Part shown: positions 60,045 through 64,000 of the stretch, piece after piece
Numbering within the stretch: the first letter of the stretch is position 1
How the letters are laid out: every line of letters begins with the position of its first letter
Assembly: GCA_965215015.1 (NCBI GenBank)
Contig: OZ244042.1
Span: 1,536,001-1,600,000 of the forward strand
Direction of reading: 5' to 3'
Source of the DNA: Candidatus Poribacteria bacterium
Lineage (GTDB): Bacteria; Poribacteria; WGA-4E; PCPOR2b
Length of the DNA stretch: 64,000 bases
Notes under the pieces: model-generated
Seen by the model: the letters and a program-made list of their open reading frames with translations, nothing else
The model's database searches: none
What the model was told of the DNA's origin: nothing
Program-made: the position numbers and the translations under genes

Positions 60045-61433
60045 TTATATTTCATCTTGCTTGTCCAAAGCGGCAATCCAGCTGCTCGCTTTATCCAGCG
60101 TTTCCTGGTATTCCGCTTCGGGTTCAGAATCCGCAACTACCCCACCGCCGACGTGAAAGTAGGCGCGTCGATTCTTGAGGATGCAGGTCCGAATTGCGAT
60201 ATTGAAATCCATCGCCCCGTCAAACCCGAAGTAGCCAATTGCCCCGGTATATACGCCGCGATTCGTCGGTTCAAGTTCATCAATTAATTCCATCGCCCGA
60301 ATCTTCGGTGCCCCGGTGATCGAGCCGCCGGGAAAACACGATTTCAGGAGATCGATTCGGTCGGCGTCCTGCCGGAGCGTTCCCCTGATGGTTGCAACGA
60401 GATGGTGTATGTTGGAATAACTTTCGAGCGCAACGCGTTCCGGCACATGGATAGATGCGATTTCGCAGACGCGTCCGAGATCATTCCGCTCAAGGTCCAC
60501 AATCATCAACAGTTCGGCGAAATCTTTTTCGCTATGCAGCAGCTCGATCGCCAGTTTCCGATCTAACTCCGGTGTCAAGCCACGGGGTCGTGTCCCTTTG
60601 ATTGGACGGGTTTCGACGGTTCGACTACCTGGTGAAAAATGGAGAAACCGTTCAGGAGACGCACTCAGAACCTGAAAATCATCACAGTGGAGGTATGCAC
60701 CATAAGGAACGGGGCTTAACTGACGCAAGCGCGCGTATAGCTCTGCGGGCGGCAAATCGCTAGAGATTGACAATCGTTGCGATAGATTGACCTGATAGAT
60801 GTCGCCTGACGCGATGTAAGCCTTGGCGCGTTGCACAGTGGAGAGATAGTCTGCTTTGGAGAAGTTAGATCTAATCGGAGATTTCGCGAAATGTGAAACG
60901 TGGAACCTGAATTCTTCACAACGACGTTGAGAGCAGCGATTTTCAGTTTGGAGAATTGAGTGGAGTTTTTCGACCTGCAGTTGATGTTGATTGGCAGAAT
61001 CTTCGCTGGTATTGGATCGGCATAAATAGACCTGATTGGACAGATGGTCAAATACAACGCTGACATCATAAAACGCAAAGTAGCAATCCGGCAGACTGAG
61101 GTCGTCGTGTGTTGTTGTGGGTAGCTCTTCGACGAAGCAGCGGAGTGGATACCCTAAATATCCAACCCCACCGATAAAGGGTAGGCCGCCGGTCAGCGAA
61201 CATGACTGAAACCGATTCAAAATTTCCCGGAGCGCGTCAAACGGATTGCCTGATCGCTTTTCAATCCGGTCCGTCCAATTCAGCTGCAGATCTGTCCCTT
61301 TGCTGCGGAAAATCAGGAACGGCTGCGAACCGATGAACGAGTAACGTCCAAGTCTTGGGGCATCCATGCCACTATCAAGGAAAAAACTGTGCGGTTCATC
61401 AGCCAGCAGCCAAAAGAGATCAAAAGCTGTCAA
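60045..61433 (-). CDS. pabB: Aminodeoxychorismate synthase component I
   Basis: GDIYQVNL, SASPERF, TRPIKGTRPRG, MIVDLERNDL and FPGGSITGAPKIRAM motifs. Confidence 0.9.
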   Translation of the reverse strand: MTAFDLFWLLADEPHSFFLDSGMDAPRLGRYSFIGSQPFLIFRSKGTDLQLNWTDRIEKRSGNPFDALREILNRFQSCSLTGGLPFIGGVGYLGYPLRCFVEELPTTTHDDLSLPDCYFAFYDVSVVFDHLSNQVYLCRSNTSEDSANQHQLQVEKLHSILQTENRCSQRRCEEFRFHVSHFAKSPIRSNFSKADYLSTVQRAKAYIASGDIYQVNLSQRLSISSDLPPAELYARLRQLSPVPYGAYLHCDDFQVLSASPERFLHFSPGSRTVETRPIKGTRPRGLTPELDRKLAIELLHSEKDFAELLMIVDLERNDLGRVCEIASIHVPERVALESYSNIHHLVATIRGTLRQDADRIDLLKSCFPGGSITGAPKIRAMELIDELEPTNRGVYTGAIGYFGFDGAMDFNIAIRTCILKNRRAYFHVGGGVVADSEPEAEYQETLDKASSWIAALDKQDEI

Positions 61434-61521
61434 CTGTGTCTGAATCTCTTCGAGAGTAGAAACAATGCTGGTCGTGGTTCAGCCTACCTTTCTTGCTTGG
61501 CGATGTAGGCAGCAGGAGCGG

Positions 61522-62583
61522 TTATAGGTTATCCCCAAAGAGGAGTGATGTATCCTCATTGGTCATCGTTTCAACCCGGTTTTGTGCATATTTGCAATAT
61601 TCTGGGTTAATATCATAGCCGATGAAATGCCGTCCAAGTTGTTTACAGGCAACAGCTGTGGAACCAGACCCGATGAAGGGGTCTAACACGACATCGCCAG
61701 GGCGTGTGAGAAGGTACAAAAACTCCTCAACAATTTTTACGGGATAAATTGCCGGATGCTTAATTCCTTTAATTGACTCAACGGAGTGCTCTAGCACATC
61801 CCGTTTGAGTTTGTTGCCTCGTAACCGAATAAGCGTGAAACCTTTTTTTTTAATCTGAATCTTACGTCCGCCCTCCTGCCCGCCAAATGCCTCTGCGTGG
61901 ATACCCCGAATTTTCATCCGTAATCCGGCGATTTCGCCGCGGCGAACTTCTTGGATTGCCTTTTCCAAAGCAAGACGTGCGTTATGTTTTTCGCTTTCGG
62001 ATAGATCTGATTGATTAATCAACTCGAAATACTTCTGCCCCACATTCATCCCTTGCGCGCGCAATTTTTGGGGAGTAGCCTCGTTTGCCATGAACGCATC
62101 GGGATTGTAAAAGTAGTCCGCTGTCTTGACGAAATGGAAGAACGGCTCGGTGCTGCTGACCAATCGGCGTCGAAACTGACGCGGCGTTGGATTTTTCTTA
62201 ATCCAAGTCACATCGTTGACCAGTTTCACCAATCCTGTTTCCGTCGCCCTGATCGCAAAGCGGTACGGCACAAGGAGCAAGCTACTATCTTCGTACTTAT
62301 CCCCCAAATTGAACACAAGGCTTCCATCATCTGCCACAACGCGCACGCACTCACGGAACAAGGATAACAAGCTATCAAGATATTCCTCCAAACACCCCTC
62401 GTTGCCCATACCCCCACCGTAGTCGCGTTGTTGGAAATAAGGGGGTGAAGTAATAACGAGTTGAACAGAGTGATCCGGGAGTTGTTGAATCAACTCTATA
62501 TTATCACCGCGCAAAATCTGATCGAGCGGGAGGTCATCGGTAGTGTTTCTATATTGCAAAATTCTGCCTCTTAACACAACCAA
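61522..62583 (-). CDS. Beta-class DNA methyltransferase, probably N4-cytosine; orphan
   Basis: Motif IV TSPPY precedes HPAIYP and motif I VLDPFIGSGST. Confidence 0.9.
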   Translation of the reverse strand: MVVLRGRILQYRNTTDDLPLDQILRGDNIELIQQLPDHSVQLVITSPPYFQQRDYGGGMGNEGCLEEYLDSLLSLFRECVRVVADDGSLVFNLGDKYEDSSLLLVPYRFAIRATETGLVKLVNDVTWIKKNPTPRQFRRRLVSSTEPFFHFVKTADYFYNPDAFMANEATPQKLRAQGMNVGQKYFELINQSDLSESEKHNARLALEKAIQEVRRGEIAGLRMKIRGIHAEAFGGQEGGRKIQIKKKGFTLIRLRGNKLKRDVLEHSVESIKGIKHPAIYPVKIVEEFLYLLTRPGDVVLDPFIGSGSTAVACKQLGRHFIGYDINPEYCKYAQNRVETMTNEDTSLLFGDNL

Positions 62584-62596
62584 GTAGAGGTTATTT

Positions 62597-62956
62597 TTAG
62601 CTCATATCTACAACCCAAATCGCTTCTCGCATCACTGTTGAATAAAATCTTCGCTGGCGAAGTTCGTTCCATTCTGCCTGAGTATAGATTAATAGATCGA
62701 CAGGGACCGGCAGTGCTGTGACATTCCAACTGACACTTCGTCTTTCAAAAGGCAGGTCGGAGTGTTTGACAATGACGAGGAGATCGAGATCGTTTCCTAC
62801 TCCCCAATCTCCCCGTGCGTAAGAACCAAAATAGCCGATGCGGACCACATCTTTTCGGTTTTGATTGATGTGTTCTGCCCAACGCCGCACCGCTCTATCA
62901 ACGGTTTGCGCGTCCGGCCATTTGAGCACGGGCGAATTCAATAATCTCACGGGCAT
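62597..62956 (-). CDS. Minimal nucleotidyltransferase (MNT) antitoxin
   Basis: GS-x10-DLD motif (FGSYARGDWGVGNDLD). Confidence 0.85.
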   Translation of the reverse strand: MPVRLLNSPVLKWPDAQTVDRAVRRWAEHINQNRKDVVRIGYFGSYARGDWGVGNDLDLLVIVKHSDLPFERRSVSWNVTALPVPVDLLIYTQAEWNELRQRRFYSTVMREAIWVVDMS

Positions 62957-63302
62957 GTCGAATTGCCACCTCACTTTGCAGTGGACCGTAGTGTTCAAAG
63001 GGAGCACCTGTTGAATGACCATTCGGATAACGGGAGGGAATATAAAAGTTATCCAAAACACGTCCCTTTTCAACCAATAGCTCTGGCACATCAATGGTTT
63101 CCGGTAACTCCTCAATTAGCTGGGCGATGACATGGCCCCACGCCTCCTGTCCAGTGTGGGGGTGTAAAGCCTTGATCGCTTTCTCTGCTGCCTGTTGTGC
63201 AGCGAAACACGCCCACTCATGTCGATCGGCATGAGTGGAATCCATCGCGTGCTCAAAATCTCTGTCAGCTTGCCTCAACCAGTCTAGGGCGCGATTTGGC
63301 AT
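62898..63302 (-). CDS. HEPN domain protein
   Basis: WL.QA..D, CFAAQQAAEKAIKA and YIPSRYPNGH motifs. Confidence 0.85.
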   Translation of the reverse strand: MPNRALDWLRQADRDFEHAMDSTHADRHEWACFAAQQAAEKAIKALHPHTGQEAWGHVIAQLIEELPETIDVPELLVEKGRVLDNFYIPSRYPNGHSTGAPFEHYGPLQSEVAIRHAREIIEFARAQMAGRANR

Positions 63303-63314
63303 TATTCTAATTCT

Positions 63315-63890
63315 TTATGGATGCTGTCTATAAAATGAAAGCGTTGTGCCACCATACTGTTCTTGGCGACTTAAAACCAGCTCATCTAGTATCAAAGACT
63401 CGGTCCAATCGGTCCCCTGAACCTTCCGATGTTCAATAACGAGCACCCCGGCTGGCGAAAGTAGACCTGCCTCCGCGATCTGCCTCAAGCAGGATTCGTG
63501 AATCTTAGAGGCGTATGGCGGATCAAAGTAAATGAGGTCAAACTTCGCTTTATGTTTGCCGAGCCGGGCAAGTGCTTTCTGTGCGTCAAGGTGGATGACC
63601 CTGACATGCGGATGCTTGCGGCCAAACCCACACATTTCAAGATTTAACCCGACAACCCGGATGCAGTGATAATTGCTATCAATAAAGGTGGTGGATTTTG
63701 CGCCTTGGCTCAAGGCTTCGAGACCGATGCTTCCAGTTCCTGCACAGAGGTCAAGAAAATCGGCACCGACAACCTGTTCACCAAAGATACGAAATAACGA
63801 TTCTTTGACGCGGTCGGCAGTGGGTCGAACTTCTAATCCTTTAAGTGTTTTTAAGCGTCTGCCTTTGAATTTTCCAGCGATGACTCTCAT
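63315..63890 (-). CDS. rsmD: 16S rRNA m2G966 methyltransferase
   Basis: MRVIAGKFKGRRL, RPTADRVKESLF, LDLCAGTGSIGLEALS and DPPY motifs. Confidence 0.95.
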   Translation of the reverse strand: MRVIAGKFKGRRLKTLKGLEVRPTADRVKESLFRIFGEQVVGADFLDLCAGTGSIGLEALSQGAKSTTFIDSNYHCIRVVGLNLEMCGFGRKHPHVRVIHLDAQKALARLGKHKAKFDLIYFDPPYASKIHESCLRQIAEAGLLSPAGVLVIEHRKVQGTDWTESLILDELVLSRQEQYGGTTLSFYRQHP

Positions 63891-64000
63891 CCTGCAACCT
63901 TGATGACGCTTTGAAACTTGGTAGGTAATGTAACAGTAACACAGGCAGATTATACAATAGCGACCTTTGCACGTCAACCCAAAACCGAGAAATGCACATA

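Noticed and set aside
1-64000. CRISPR array, cas genes, tRNA or rRNA
   Set aside because: No regularly spaced direct repeats with unique spacers and no recognisable structural RNA genes; the repeats are dispersed palindromes

Overview
Bacterial chromosomal window of roughly 50% GC. The gene content suggests Candidatus Poribacteria or a similar host-associated lineage (inference): three PhyH dioxygenases, four Gfo/Idh/MocA oxidoreductases, and LamG, Kelch, TPR and CRTAC1 proteins. Housekeeping blocks are recG; bioF and mtnBDC; rpe-PASTA-fmt-def-lspA-ileS-like-yggT-proC-yggS; ubiA-like, pabB and rsmD. These alternate with catabolic and secreted-protein genes. Main observations: (1) a repeated FliA-like sigma-factor cassette (conserved promoter block, sigma gene or only its tail, conserved 3' hairpin, then secreted-protein genes) present in intact and deleted forms at 12.1-16.0 kb and 43.4-44.3 kb; (2) an intact 804-aa IleRS homolog at the ileS-lspA locus that has lost HIGH and KMSKS; (3) a shared C-terminal motif, LxVxPxGK..TWG.IK, on six signal-peptide proteins; (4) intergenic DNA made of nested non-autonomous elements with variable cargo, plus deletion remnants of TnpB/IS605, IS5, integrases and hicBA. 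No rRNA, tRNA or CRISPR array was seen. All family assignments come from reading motifs by eye, not from database searches.
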